Part shown: positions 26,122 to 34,922 of the stretch, one piece after another
Layout of the letters: every line of letters begins with the position of its first letter
Numbering within the stretch: the stretch's first letter is position 1
IMG/VR virus record: IMGVR_UViG_3300025070_000024
Location: 1 to 64,000 of that record
Length of the DNA: 64,000 nucleotides
Source: a virus
Direction: 5' to 3' (one strand)
Translations under genes and position numbers: made by a program
The notes under the pieces: model-generated
Seen by the model: only the letters and a program-made list of their open reading frames with translations
The model's database searches: none
What the model was told of the DNA's origin: nothing

Positions 26122-26576
26122 TTTTTAAAATTCAAGTATGCAAACTCATCTTCTCGTAGTTTTTTAACCAATGCTTTTTTATTTCCTGCAGCCCCTGCCG
26201 TAGGAGAAAACGTGTATACACTCTTGTTCTTTACCATACATCTGTGCTTGTCCCAATTCCATCTGAAGTAGTAATCATCCGTGTAGTAGATAAGCTTGTT
26301 TATCCCTTCTTTCTTCAGCTTGTTAGTTTCATGCCAATCAATTGTGGGCTTATTAAATGACCTAGGAATACGCTTTATGCGGATCGTACCTAATCTATGC
26401 CCCATATTAAATACCCTGCCATCTAAAATAACTTTAGAAAGTTTCTTGTTAAACTCCGAAATGATATGCTTGTACAAAGCATAAGTAACGGGTGTTGTAG
26501 GGTTGTTCTTACAATAAGACTTGTAGGAATCCTTAGTGCTATATCTACTCTCGCAGCTGTACTTCGTCGTTGTCAT
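26118..26576 (-). CDS. IHF/HU-like basic DNA-binding protein
   Basis: ILDGRVFNMGHRLGTIRIKR...IDW. A crAss-like IHF-family gene sits between ring genes in related phages. Confidence 0.6.
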   Translation of the reverse strand: MTTTKYSCESRYSTKDSYKSYCKNNPTTPVTYALYKHIISEFNKKLSKVILDGRVFNMGHRLGTIRIKRIPRSFNKPTIDWHETNKLKKEGINKLIYYTDDYYFRWNWDKHRCMVKNKSVYTFSPTAGAAGNKKALVKKLREDEFAYLNFKK

Positions 26577-27195
26577 CTTGTCTATTCTCTAAACGCATTT
26601 CTGTTCCTAGGATACTTTGGGTGATCCGTTGAACCATGTCCATTGAAATTGGATATTCTTTATCTGCTGTAAAAACAGTAGTACCATCACAGCATGTGTA
26701 ATTTTCTAACTCTTCTGGTTGCTCAAAAATGCCTTTTACCAGAATACTTTTAGGCCGAGAGTTGAGCACGTAGATTCTGTCCTTAGTATAGATGTACTGA
26801 GGAAGTTTATTGACGTACTTATTGTGTTTACCGTACTCGGCTTGAACTGGCGTAGTTCTTTGGAAAGGTTCTTTTGCATCTGCCGTGCCTACAAATGCAA
26901 ACTCGGAACCGTCATAAATGCGAACAGGCTTTGGGATAGTCTGTTTAGTACGCCAGACGTCGCACCCAATATCGACAGCAGAGCAACACTCTAAAGCGCT
27001 AGAAGCTTCCATATCCAAACAATCTAAAGATTGTACAAGCTGACTAGGAAGACTGTGATTACGGCGCTGATCTTGCCTTACAAACTGCGCACGGTAGTAC
27101 CCTACCATAAACTTAAGACGTTCGCGTAAGACCGCATCATCTCCACGCTCTAGTTGTTCTGCGATATTGTAGATGATTTCGTTTAGCGTTGCCAT
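26545..27195 (-). CDS. Tail ring (adaptor) protein
   Basis: MATLNEIIYNI..., Cys cluster, IPKP, GIFEQPEE and YPIS motifs typical of crAss-like ring proteins. Confidence 0.65.
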   Translation of the reverse strand: MATLNEIIYNIAEQLERGDDAVLRERLKFMVGYYRAQFVRQDQRRNHSLPSQLVQSLDCLDMEASSALECCSAVDIGCDVWRTKQTIPKPVRIYDGSEFAFVGTADAKEPFQRTTPVQAEYGKHNKYVNKLPQYIYTKDRIYVLNSRPKSILVKGIFEQPEELENYTCCDGTTVFTADKEYPISMDMVQRITQSILGTEMRLENRQDDNDEVQLRE

Positions 27196-27635
27196 GGCAA
27201 TTGATTTTTATCGATAGTGCGTACCACAAAGTAGCCCCCTATAGAAGTCATAAGAATGGTTTCATACATGTTTACCCAGACCTCACGGATTTCATACTCT
27301 ACTGCTAAGGTGTCTAGTAGAATAAAAACAACTAAAAAAAGAACTAAGACCCCTACTATAGCAGGACGGATATTACGAGACAACCAACTTTTGCCCGCAA
27401 CATCTGATTGCCAACGTTTAGTTATTTGTTTCTCGCTAACTATGCGCACAGAAGCTTTGAAGAGTTCATTAAACTCTTCTTTATCTCCAGGCGTCAGGCT
27501 TGCATCCGAATCTACTAAGTTCTTTATTACTCCTAGTATTCCGCTGTCAGGCAGTGCATCTGCTACTGACTCAAACAACTTTGGAGATTTCTTCTTAAGC
27601 CACGACCCTACTTTGGTGTCGCGCAATTTTTTCAT
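27183..27635 (-). CDS. Holin (3TM/GTA-type holin family)
   Basis: ITKRWQSD...SWLSRNIRP followed by two TM helices and GGYF. Confidence 0.8.
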   Translation of the reverse strand: MKKLRDTKVGSWLKKKSPKLFESVADALPDSGILGVIKNLVDSDASLTPGDKEEFNELFKASVRIVSEKQITKRWQSDVAGKSWLSRNIRPAIVGVLVLFLVVFILLDTLAVEYEIREVWVNMYETILMTSIGGYFVVRTIDKNQLPWQR

Positions 27636-27790
27636 TACAGTCGTACTGTAAAGTTAAACAAAGTCAGTTGATATTGCTTTGAGCCAAAGTCTAATACTAA
27701 ATCGTATACAGTGACTTTACCGAGCCTTATTTTGACAATGAACTTATCGCCGTGTTTGTGGGGATTACCCCATGTGTTTGTAACCTTCAT
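27635..27790 (-). CDS. Hypothetical 51-aa protein in the lysis cassette
   Basis: MKVTNTWGNPHKHGDKFIVKIRLGKVTVYDLVLDFGSKQYQLTLFNFTVRL*. It fills the gap between genes and its stop overlaps the holin ATG. Not in the ORF track. Confidence 0.65.
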   Translation of the reverse strand: MKVTNTWGNPHKHGDKFIVKIRLGKVTVYDLVLDFGSKQYQLTLFNFTVRL

Positions 27791-28271
27791 CAAAGTTTTG
27801 AATTTCAATTTCTACATGCTCTCCCTTTTCTAAGGCTTGAGCGATGGCGGGATAAACAGCATTGTACGCCTGAGTACTGTTGTGCAACTCAAACTCTCCT
27901 CCTTGTACCAATGCGGGTCGGTAGCCTAGCAAAAGGCAACCAGCAGTGTGCTCGTCAGTATTGCCACAATGAACAAGAATGTCAGTAAAGCCTGGGACGT
28001 TTTGCAAGTGAAGCATACCCTTGTGGATTTTAAGAAAGCGTGTGCGGTACCGATCATGGAACCCCCCAGTCTGCTTTAAACACACATCATATATGCCTTG
28101 AGGTATTCGTGTTTCTCCATACACTTTAGTCTCTCGATACTCATCCTCGAGAGTAAAGCAGAGAAACTTAAAAACCCTCTTCCCTATCTCGTATGTACTT
28201 AAAGTATTCATATACAAGACACCTAAAGTGCTGTCTCTGTTCGAAGAGATTCGTTGAAGTAAAAGCTTCAT
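27765..28271 (-). CDS. DUF5675-family putative endolysin (L,D-peptidase-like)
   Basis: Motifs STLGVL, CFTLED, GETRIPQGIY, NVPGF and ILVHCGNTDEHTAGCLLLG. Adjacent to the holin. Confidence 0.8.
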   Translation of the reverse strand: MKLLLQRISSNRDSTLGVLYMNTLSTYEIGKRVFKFLCFTLEDEYRETKVYGETRIPQGIYDVCLKQTGGFHDRYRTRFLKIHKGMLHLQNVPGFTDILVHCGNTDEHTAGCLLLGYRPALVQGGEFELHNSTQAYNAVYPAIAQALEKGEHVEIEIQNFDEGYKHMG

Positions 28272-28302
28272 GACGGGGTTATGCTAAAGATAACAGGGAA
28301 TA

Positions 28303-28569
28303 TTACTCTAAAATATCAGTAGGAAGGAAGTCTTCTGCAGGCCAACCAACCTTATTCAGCTCCAGCTTAACTTGATCATAGTCGTATGGACCTAGATATC
28401 GGTTTGTTGTTGCGGGAGTGTAGTTACGGTCATCAGTTTTAATGATGAAGTAAAGCCCGTCACTACGATATGAAAGATTGTCTGATGCCTCCAACACTTT
28501 GCTGAAATCAATATCGTTGAGGTCTAAGGCATCAATAAAGAAATACCTTCTTGTTGCTGGTATAATCAT
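28303..28569 (-). CDS. Hypothetical protein, possibly a tail-fibre accessory/chaperone
   Basis: Translationally coupled to the LamG gene. Confidence 0.55.
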   Translation of the reverse strand: MIIPATRRYFFIDALDLNDIDFSKVLEASDNLSYRSDGLYFIIKTDDRNYTPATTNRYLGPYDYDQVKLELNKVGWPAEDFLPTDILE

Positions 28570-29567
28570 ATTGCTCCGTACCTATCTACATATGCATCAA
28601 AGTTCTGCTCTATCTCTGTGGCAGACAACACCCTGTTATACATCATTAGCTCATAGGTATTTGTAGACAAAGAATTAGAACTGACCCTTGGATTTCCATT
28701 GTATTGAGTGTTCAATGGCGACACACCATGATGCCAATATTGACTGCCGTCTTTAATCTGGCTAGTAGTGTCATAAGTCAGGTTTGCACTAGACCCGCTA
28801 AGATTACTCATTGACCCCTGTGATGCGCTGGCAGTAAATGTTTGACCATTAATATAACAGATAAGGTTATTGCTTGAGCTAGAGGTTAAGTCAACGGTCA
28901 TAGCAACATGGATCTTAGTGTTGGGCTTTAGTTCGTACTGACTTCGACTACTATTGTAATGGAAGTAAGTTGACATATTACTAGGAGGCTTTAGTCTAAC
29001 AAGAGAGCCATAGTAATTACTATGGTCAAACCCGTAAAGACCATATCTTAGGAGTGTACCTCTGGTAGAGGAAGAATAAGTTTGCCTTCTGCGCCTACTT
29101 GCCAATCCACAATATGCGTCGCTTACTACATACCCCGTGCTTCCATTTTCAGGAAAAGACAAGACAGCCATAAAGGTATATTGGTCCTGATCGTGGGTTT
29201 CACTACCACCAGAGGCCGAACCCGTTCCATAAAAGTAGTCACCTGAAGAAACGCTTATTTCGCCATAGTCATCAACCCCATCAAACTGTATGTAGTTGTC
29301 CCCTGCGTTAGGCTCAGTCGGACCATTGTTAAGGGCCATACTATATCCGTTAGAGCTTATGTCCGTCCATGTACTTGGGTTTGTGGATGAGTTATAACTG
29401 TTCTCATCTCCTGCATTAAAATGCATCTCCAAGCCACTACTTACATAGTCGGTCAAAGATACAGATGTCGCCTCAGATCCGTTAAACTTCGCAATGCTTG
29501 CCTTAGCCGTGCTGTTAATCTCAGCAATAGAGCTTAGGGCTAAAGAATTTATTTTCTCAATAGCCAT
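28566..29567 (-). CDS. LamG/concanavalin A-like lectin-domain tail protein
   Basis: VSSGLEMHFNAG, WTDISSNG, FDGVDDY, HVAMT, YING and MYNRVLSATEIEQNF. Confidence 0.8.
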   Translation of the reverse strand: MAIEKINSLALSSIAEINSTAKASIAKFNGSEATSVSLTDYVSSGLEMHFNAGDENSYNSSTNPSTWTDISSNGYSMALNNGPTEPNAGDNYIQFDGVDDYGEISVSSGDYFYGTGSASGGSETHDQDQYTFMAVLSFPENGSTGYVVSDAYCGLASRRRRQTYSSSTRGTLLRYGLYGFDHSNYYGSLVRLKPPSNMSTYFHYNSSRSQYELKPNTKIHVAMTVDLTSSSSNNLICYINGQTFTASASQGSMSNLSGSSANLTYDTTSQIKDGSQYWHHGVSPLNTQYNGNPRVSSNSLSTNTYELMMYNRVLSATEIEQNFDAYVDRYGAI

Positions 29568-30712
29568 TATGAAAGCTCTACGTAATCATCAGAAGGATTG
29601 AAGTAAATAAGCCCCGTGCTCAGAGCGTAACCCACTATACGAACTATGTCACCTGTAGTGTAAGAGCTGATGTCATTTGTAATCCCTGCGGCTGTAAGGC
29701 TTACATAAAGCGTGTCTCCTGGAGTGAAGCTATTGCTGAACGAAATGACACCTTTGATAAACATGCCATCGGTTGTAGCACTTGAGCCTAAAGCAATGCC
29801 TAACATACCCGCAGTTGTTGACTCTGCATCAGCATCTGCATTAGCCCATCTTGAGGAAGCAGGAGAACCTGCTGCACCCATATATCTTAACTGCCCAGCA
29901 GACATGCTGCTAGCGTTGCCCCACTTCAGCACCTCTCCTTCGTATGAGTCATTGGAGTACGCAGTATCCCTAGTTTCAACTTTTAGGTAGACGCCGTCTA
30001 ATATGTACGGATCCCCTGGTATCGTAGGTGTGTTAGAAATATCTCCGTAATCGATACCGCTGGTATCACCGCTAAATGTTACAGTGTTTGCAGCACCAGA
30101 GAATGTAACATCTCCAGATACATCCAAAGAGCTGGTGTTCAAGTCTACTGCAGGAGCTTGTACGATGTTACTCATCTGCATATCTAGAACCTCAACTGGA
30201 GTGCCTGCATTTTCTAGATACACTTCCAACCTTCCATACGCAGAGTTCTTACCAGACGTATTGTTTAGGTCGTCCTCGGTAATTTTTAAGTAGCTACCAT
30301 ACAACCCAATAGATGCGCTGTGCAGATTTAATTCAAGTGTACCTGCATCGTCTCTGTCAGCTCCACCAGTGCCTTCTTTATGTCGAATCTTAGTGGTTCC
30401 AGAGTTATCTGAGTTTTCATCTTTTACTAGAAAGTCATCTATGACTTTTTTGTCGAAGATTGCATTAAGATCAGTTACAGTAGCAGCACGACTACTGTTC
30501 AGTACAGTACCGCTTTCGTCTTCTATTCCTCTATAGTCTAGTCCACTAAACACTACCGTAGAGGTAGTAGTATCTGTAATATCAATTCCTACAGAAATTA
30601 TGCTGTTGTTACTAGCAGATAGTACACCTCCTCCATCATAAACTAGCCCTGTCCCTACGTCCGCTTTTAGAATAACCAGACCACCCTTGCTGTATATCTG
30701 AATAGTTTTCAT
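29567..30712 (-). CDS. Tail fibre/spike-associated protein
   Basis: Beta-rich sequence. The C-terminal WANADAD...LGIAL...GDTLYVS...VRIVGY...YFNPS domain is common in phage tail and decoration proteins. Confidence 0.6.
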   Translation of the reverse strand: MKTIQIYSKGGLVILKADVGTGLVYDGGGVLSASNNSIISVGIDITDTTTSTVVFSGLDYRGIEDESGTVLNSSRAATVTDLNAIFDKKVIDDFLVKDENSDNSGTTKIRHKEGTGGADRDDAGTLELNLHSASIGLYGSYLKITEDDLNNTSGKNSAYGRLEVYLENAGTPVEVLDMQMSNIVQAPAVDLNTSSLDVSGDVTFSGAANTVTFSGDTSGIDYGDISNTPTIPGDPYILDGVYLKVETRDTAYSNDSYEGEVLKWGNASSMSAGQLRYMGAAGSPASSRWANADADAESTTAGMLGIALGSSATTDGMFIKGVISFSNSFTPGDTLYVSLTAAGITNDISSYTTGDIVRIVGYALSTGLIYFNPSDDYVELS

Positions 30713-32274
30713 CCTTGCTCACACTTTGCTGTTACGGACAGATTTAACAAATAGAATACTGCACTAGGTGCATCAGGAACATAGTAGTCATACTCTATTT
30801 CAATTCTAGTTGTAGCACTTATTACGTTATTAGCAACTCCTACATCAGTATCCCCAAATTCGTTTTGGTTTGCAAAATCTACTAGTGTAAGCGGTTCTTG
30901 GTTAGGTCTCGCATCGAAGGCTTCAGTAAAACCACCAGAAATTGCAGTGGTGGGACAATTTACCACCCAATTAAAATATTTTGTCTGCAGTACAGTTCCT
31001 GAACTGTTTTTCAGCCTCACCCTCGCAATAAATCCTAAGTTGTGATTTCCTTGGAGAATTCGTGTAAAGCCAATTACAGTAAACGCAGATAGTTTAATTT
31101 TTACTAGCCCATCTTGGAAGGTAGGGTCGCTTGCCCCTCCTGCATATTCAAATCCAAAGAAGCTTCTGTTAGAGCTTGTGGCACCTATGGATTCAAATAC
31201 ATCCCATGCTCCTACACCAGGGGTACCATTTGCTGCTGTAAAGAAAAATTCGGTTTGATAGTCTGTACTGCCACTTTGAAGATCTGTAGCATCAGGCCCG
31301 CCTGCTGTAGCCCAGTCATCATTCTGGTAAGCAGTCTGAATCATTTCCACTGCATTAGTGGGGTCTGTAAGACCAGATGAACTTATCACGTATGAGGATG
31401 TAGATAGGGATAGATTTCCTGTGGGGTCGCCTAGGTTTGAGCCAAATCCCCCTAGGAAAATAATGAGGTCAGCAGAACCAACAATGCCGTCGCCGTCAAA
31501 GTCACCAATTACTCCGTTGTCTGGGTTTGTGTATGTAGTCTCTGTTCCTAGCCCAGCCTCAACAACAGCCTGTATCATTTGCTGCAAAATACTCCCAAGG
31601 AAATCATCAAAGCTCATCGCCTTGTTCCTCTTGTCACCTGTATCGTATATAGGAAGTCTATAGTCTTCTGCGTCGTCTTGAAGGTCTTGTCCTGGAACTG
31701 TAGGATATGCATTGGCAGCTAATCCTATTTCAACCCAGTTATCTTCGCTTTCCCAATCGTCAAGTTCTATTGCGCTGTTTATATCTTCATCAGTAACAGA
31801 AACGTTTTCACTGCCTCCTCCAAGGACGGCACTCGCTCCTCCACTACTATGATCTAGACCAAACGGTTTTGTCTTGTAGACAAAGATTCTGGTTGAAGTG
31901 TCAAACCCATAAAATTGCTCGCTGCCTGTTATTACAGTACCTGTTAACCCAACTACTTCAGTAAAATCTGTTGCTGCATAAGTACCGTCTGCGTTAAAGT
32001 CGTATTCTGGAGAGGAGGTGCTGGTTGTTGGTTCATCGTCCACATCAAGAGTGCTATCAAAAGCACTAACCTCATTGTAAATCTTATCCCCATACAGAAC
32101 GACTGCTACGTACCCATAGCATCTTTTGTTTTCGGGTACAGCATCTCTGTCGGAAAAATTCCGGAAAATACCAAACCCTTTTATACCACCCCCAGAAGTA
32201 GCGTCCTTTGACGCATCAATAACTGGATAGTCAGAGTTTACATTCTCAATTACATCAGCTAGCTTTATCGGCAT
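30709..32274 (-). CDS. Tail protein with a dockerin/EF-hand-like Ca-binding motif
   Basis: GDFDGDGIVGSADLIIFLGGFG. The N-terminus resembles that of the 34923-37013 product. Confidence 0.6.
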   Translation of the reverse strand: MPIKLADVIENVNSDYPVIDASKDATSGGGIKGFGIFRNFSDRDAVPENKRCYGYVAVVLYGDKIYNEVSAFDSTLDVDDEPTTSTSSPEYDFNADGTYAATDFTEVVGLTGTVITGSEQFYGFDTSTRIFVYKTKPFGLDHSSGGASAVLGGGSENVSVTDEDINSAIELDDWESEDNWVEIGLAANAYPTVPGQDLQDDAEDYRLPIYDTGDKRNKAMSFDDFLGSILQQMIQAVVEAGLGTETTYTNPDNGVIGDFDGDGIVGSADLIIFLGGFGSNLGDPTGNLSLSTSSYVISSSGLTDPTNAVEMIQTAYQNDDWATAGGPDATDLQSGSTDYQTEFFFTAANGTPGVGAWDVFESIGATSSNRSFFGFEYAGGASDPTFQDGLVKIKLSAFTVIGFTRILQGNHNLGFIARVRLKNSSGTVLQTKYFNWVVNCPTTAISGGFTEAFDARPNQEPLTLVDFANQNEFGDTDVGVANNVISATTRIEIEYDYYVPDAPSAVFYLLNLSVTAKCEQG

Positions 32275-32638
32275 CTTCTTTCACGATTAAGTAGTCCATA
32301 GCTGCAAGCAGAACATTAGGCTCAATCGTCAAAGTGCCATCATCTATAAGAGTGACCTTCTTTAAACGGATTTTCTGTTCCGTATTTAAAAGATCCTCTA
32401 CTTGATCACGAAATGCCGAAGCATCTTCTTCACTTACTTCTGGCTCTCCCTTCGCATCTGTAGATGCTTTGGTTTTTAGAACTGCGATATGAGTCTCTCG
32501 TTGCTCTTCAAATAACTCTACTACAGGCTTAAGTTTTGAGATATTCTGAGCGAGCATCCAACTTGTTTTAAGTGGCAGCGTGTTAGTGCTGATTTGCTGG
32601 AAGGCACGGAAAACGTTGATACATTCTTTGAGTAACAT
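32255..32638 (-). CDS. Hypothetical helical protein, probable tail-fibre chaperone (DUF1617-like)
   Basis: LPLKTSWMLAQNISKL...FRDQVEDLLNTE pattern. It lies directly after a fibre gene. Confidence 0.5.
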   Translation of the reverse strand: MLLKECINVFRAFQQISTNTLPLKTSWMLAQNISKLKPVVELFEEQRETHIAVLKTKASTDAKGEPEVSEEDASAFRDQVEDLLNTEQKIRLKKVTLIDDGTLTIEPNVLLAAMDYLIVKEDADKAS

Positions 32639-32668
32639 GAATACTATTCTTTGGTATGCTAATATACA

Positions 32669-34912
32669 TCAACCAATGATAACGATGTCAAATGCGTCGC
32701 CCGCAGTAGCGGCTGCAATGTATATCTTCGCCTTTTGAAGATCGTTGGCAATGAACTTGACATATACAATTTCATCACTATCGTTGGTGACTTGTACCAA
32801 GATTCTTTTCGTATTCAGATTGTGCGTTATTTCCGCATAGCCAGCAGTCACATTTGCTTCAGTCCACGCATATGCGTCAGACACAAACTTCTCTGCAATC
32901 TTGTTTTCTACAGAAGCTGCGTGGCTCCAGTTGTTGACTGCCCACACACTAGCACTGTGATCAAAGACAACTTTTGGATACTTATTAGCATCATCGGTAA
33001 CGTAGCCTTTCTTAAATGCTTCAATACCTATGTCAGTAGCCAGCTCTGCAGCATCATCATAGTCAGCATCAAGAGCGTCATCAGCATTACCAAGTGTAAT
33101 GATGGCGTCTTTCATGTAGATATTCTCCTGCTGCAGATTGATTATAGTGCCACCACCAAGCACAGTAAAGTCTCCTTTTACAAGCAAGTCACCAGTAGTC
33201 AGCTTACCTCTATCAGCGGTACTTGAGGGAGTGAAGGTGAGATCATTTGTATCAATCTGCACACCGGTTACGGTCTCGCCATTGCCGGCTGTGGTTAGAA
33301 CCACTTTGTGTGCGTTAGCATCGGTGCCTTCGGCAACCCCAACGTTAGTAAAAGTCTCTGACGTTAGGTATGTTCCGCTAATATCAGGTATATCATCTGC
33401 TGTTAGATCTGCACCTGCAGTAACCAAACCGTTAGCATCATACGTTATCTTGGTCTTTGTAGCACCTGTGATAGAAGCATTGGCTGTGAGTTTGGCATTG
33501 ATTTGTGTCTGTATGGCTGAGGTAACTCCAGCTACATACCCGAGCTCTGCGGATGTAACAGCAGAAACACCAACTTTACCCGATGCATCAGATACCAGCG
33601 CTTTGCTTGCAGTAAGGTTATCACTGACTATCGTTGTAGCACCACCCGTAATGGTAGCTTGCTTGGCGTTGATTTGAGCCTGTATTCCACTCGTCACCCC
33701 ATCAAGGTACCCAAGCTCTGTAGCAGTTACATCGGATACTGCAACTTTTCCCGATGCATCAGAAACCAGTGCTAAGCTAGCCCCAAGATTGTCACTAACG
33801 ATAGTAGTAGCACCACCAGTTATTGTGGCTTGCTTAGCATTAATCTGTGCTTGAATGCCGCTAGTTACTCCGTCTAAATGTCCAAGTTCTGTAGCAGTAA
33901 CGTCTGAAACAGCTACTTTTCCAGAGCCGTCAGAAACCAATGCAAGTGATGCTCCCAGGTTGTCGCTAACAATGGTTGTTGCGCCTCCCGTGATAGTTGC
34001 TTGCTTACTATTAATCTGCGCTTGGATACCACTAGTCACCCCATCCAAATATCCTAACTCTGTAGCTGTGACATCAGACACGGCCACCTTTCCAGAAGCA
34101 TCGGAGACAAGTGCTAGGCTAGTACCAAGGTTATCAGATACAATGGTAGTTGCACCCCCAGTTATTGTACTTTGAAAACCGGTTAACAGGGGTGGAGTAT
34201 ACGTAAACTCACCAGCTTCATCATACGTAAGAGTACCAGTTCCAGATGCTGCATTTTGAGTAACATCAAAGTCTGTAAGCTCGATTCCCCCTCCTACACC
34301 AAAGTCACCAATATATTTATAGCCTTGGATGTAGACTTTGTCGGTACCAGCAATAGACCCAGTCAGCGACGTTGAAGCTCCAAGCGTACCGGATTCGTTT
34401 TCGTTAACCCAGTATAGAATACCTGCCTGGTAATCAAAGTACCACTCTGCGGTATCATTACCCGGCTCAACTTGGAATACCTGTGCTCCCGTACTAGTTC
34501 CATTTGTACCTCCAACAGTTGTTGCAACAGCGTCGGTGCCATTCCAACCGGCGGGTCCAACATATACTTTGACCAAGTAGTTAGCACCAAACTCCGGTGG
34601 AATCCAGTCTGTTTGTCCTGTTGTCCAGGACCGCTTAAATCCACTAATATTCGTGTTCTGTGCGGCAGACACAGCTGTACATTGTACAGTATCTGCACCA
34701 GTGTACAGCTCGACTTGAGACGTATCCGCACCTGGGGGAGACGTAGGAATACTACCTGCTTCTCTCCACAGCTTATCCGCACGCAACAGCAATGGACTCG
34801 CTGTAGCTTCACCAAACGGATCTGTATTTTCAGACGTTTCAGTCTTAGCCTTACCAAAAGCTATCTTCTTGATAAGAAGATCTAGTTTCTCTTCAGTAGA
34901 AAATGATGACAT
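32669..34912 (-). CDS. Tail fibre protein with four 57-aa tandem repeats
   Basis: TELGYLDGVTSGIQAQIN repeats, KITYDANGLVT fibre motif and a C-terminal ITHNLNT domain. Confidence 0.8.
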   Translation of the reverse strand: MSSFSTEEKLDLLIKKIAFGKAKTETSENTDPFGEATASPLLLRADKLWREAGSIPTSPPGADTSQVELYTGADTVQCTAVSAAQNTNISGFKRSWTTGQTDWIPPEFGANYLVKVYVGPAGWNGTDAVATTVGGTNGTSTGAQVFQVEPGNDTAEWYFDYQAGILYWVNENESGTLGASTSLTGSIAGTDKVYIQGYKYIGDFGVGGGIELTDFDVTQNAASGTGTLTYDEAGEFTYTPPLLTGFQSTITGGATTIVSDNLGTSLALVSDASGKVAVSDVTATELGYLDGVTSGIQAQINSKQATITGGATTIVSDNLGASLALVSDGSGKVAVSDVTATELGHLDGVTSGIQAQINAKQATITGGATTIVSDNLGASLALVSDASGKVAVSDVTATELGYLDGVTSGIQAQINAKQATITGGATTIVSDNLTASKALVSDASGKVGVSAVTSAELGYVAGVTSAIQTQINAKLTANASITGATKTKITYDANGLVTAGADLTADDIPDISGTYLTSETFTNVGVAEGTDANAHKVVLTTAGNGETVTGVQIDTNDLTFTPSSTADRGKLTTGDLLVKGDFTVLGGGTIINLQQENIYMKDAIITLGNADDALDADYDDAAELATDIGIEAFKKGYVTDDANKYPKVVFDHSASVWAVNNWSHAASVENKIAEKFVSDAYAWTEANVTAGYAEITHNLNTKRILVQVTNDSDEIVYVKFIANDLQKAKIYIAAATAGDAFDIVIIG
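33488..34173 (-). repeat. Four in-frame tandem repeats of ~171 bp (57 aa) in the tail fibre
   Basis: ATITGGATTIVSDNLGASLALVSDASGKVAVSDVTATELGYLDGVTSGIQAQINAKQ occurs four times with minor variation. Confidence 0.9.
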
Positions 34913-34922
34913 TATTCAAGTA

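Noticed and set aside
27646-27660. TAACTTTAC promoter-like motif upstream of the holin
   Set aside because: It lies inside the 51-aa coding sequence and is an imperfect match.
33488-34173. Possible CRISPR array or DGR template/variable repeat
   Set aside because: The repeats are in-frame coding units with no spacers. Differences are synonymous rather than adenine-specific, and no reverse transcriptase is present in the window.
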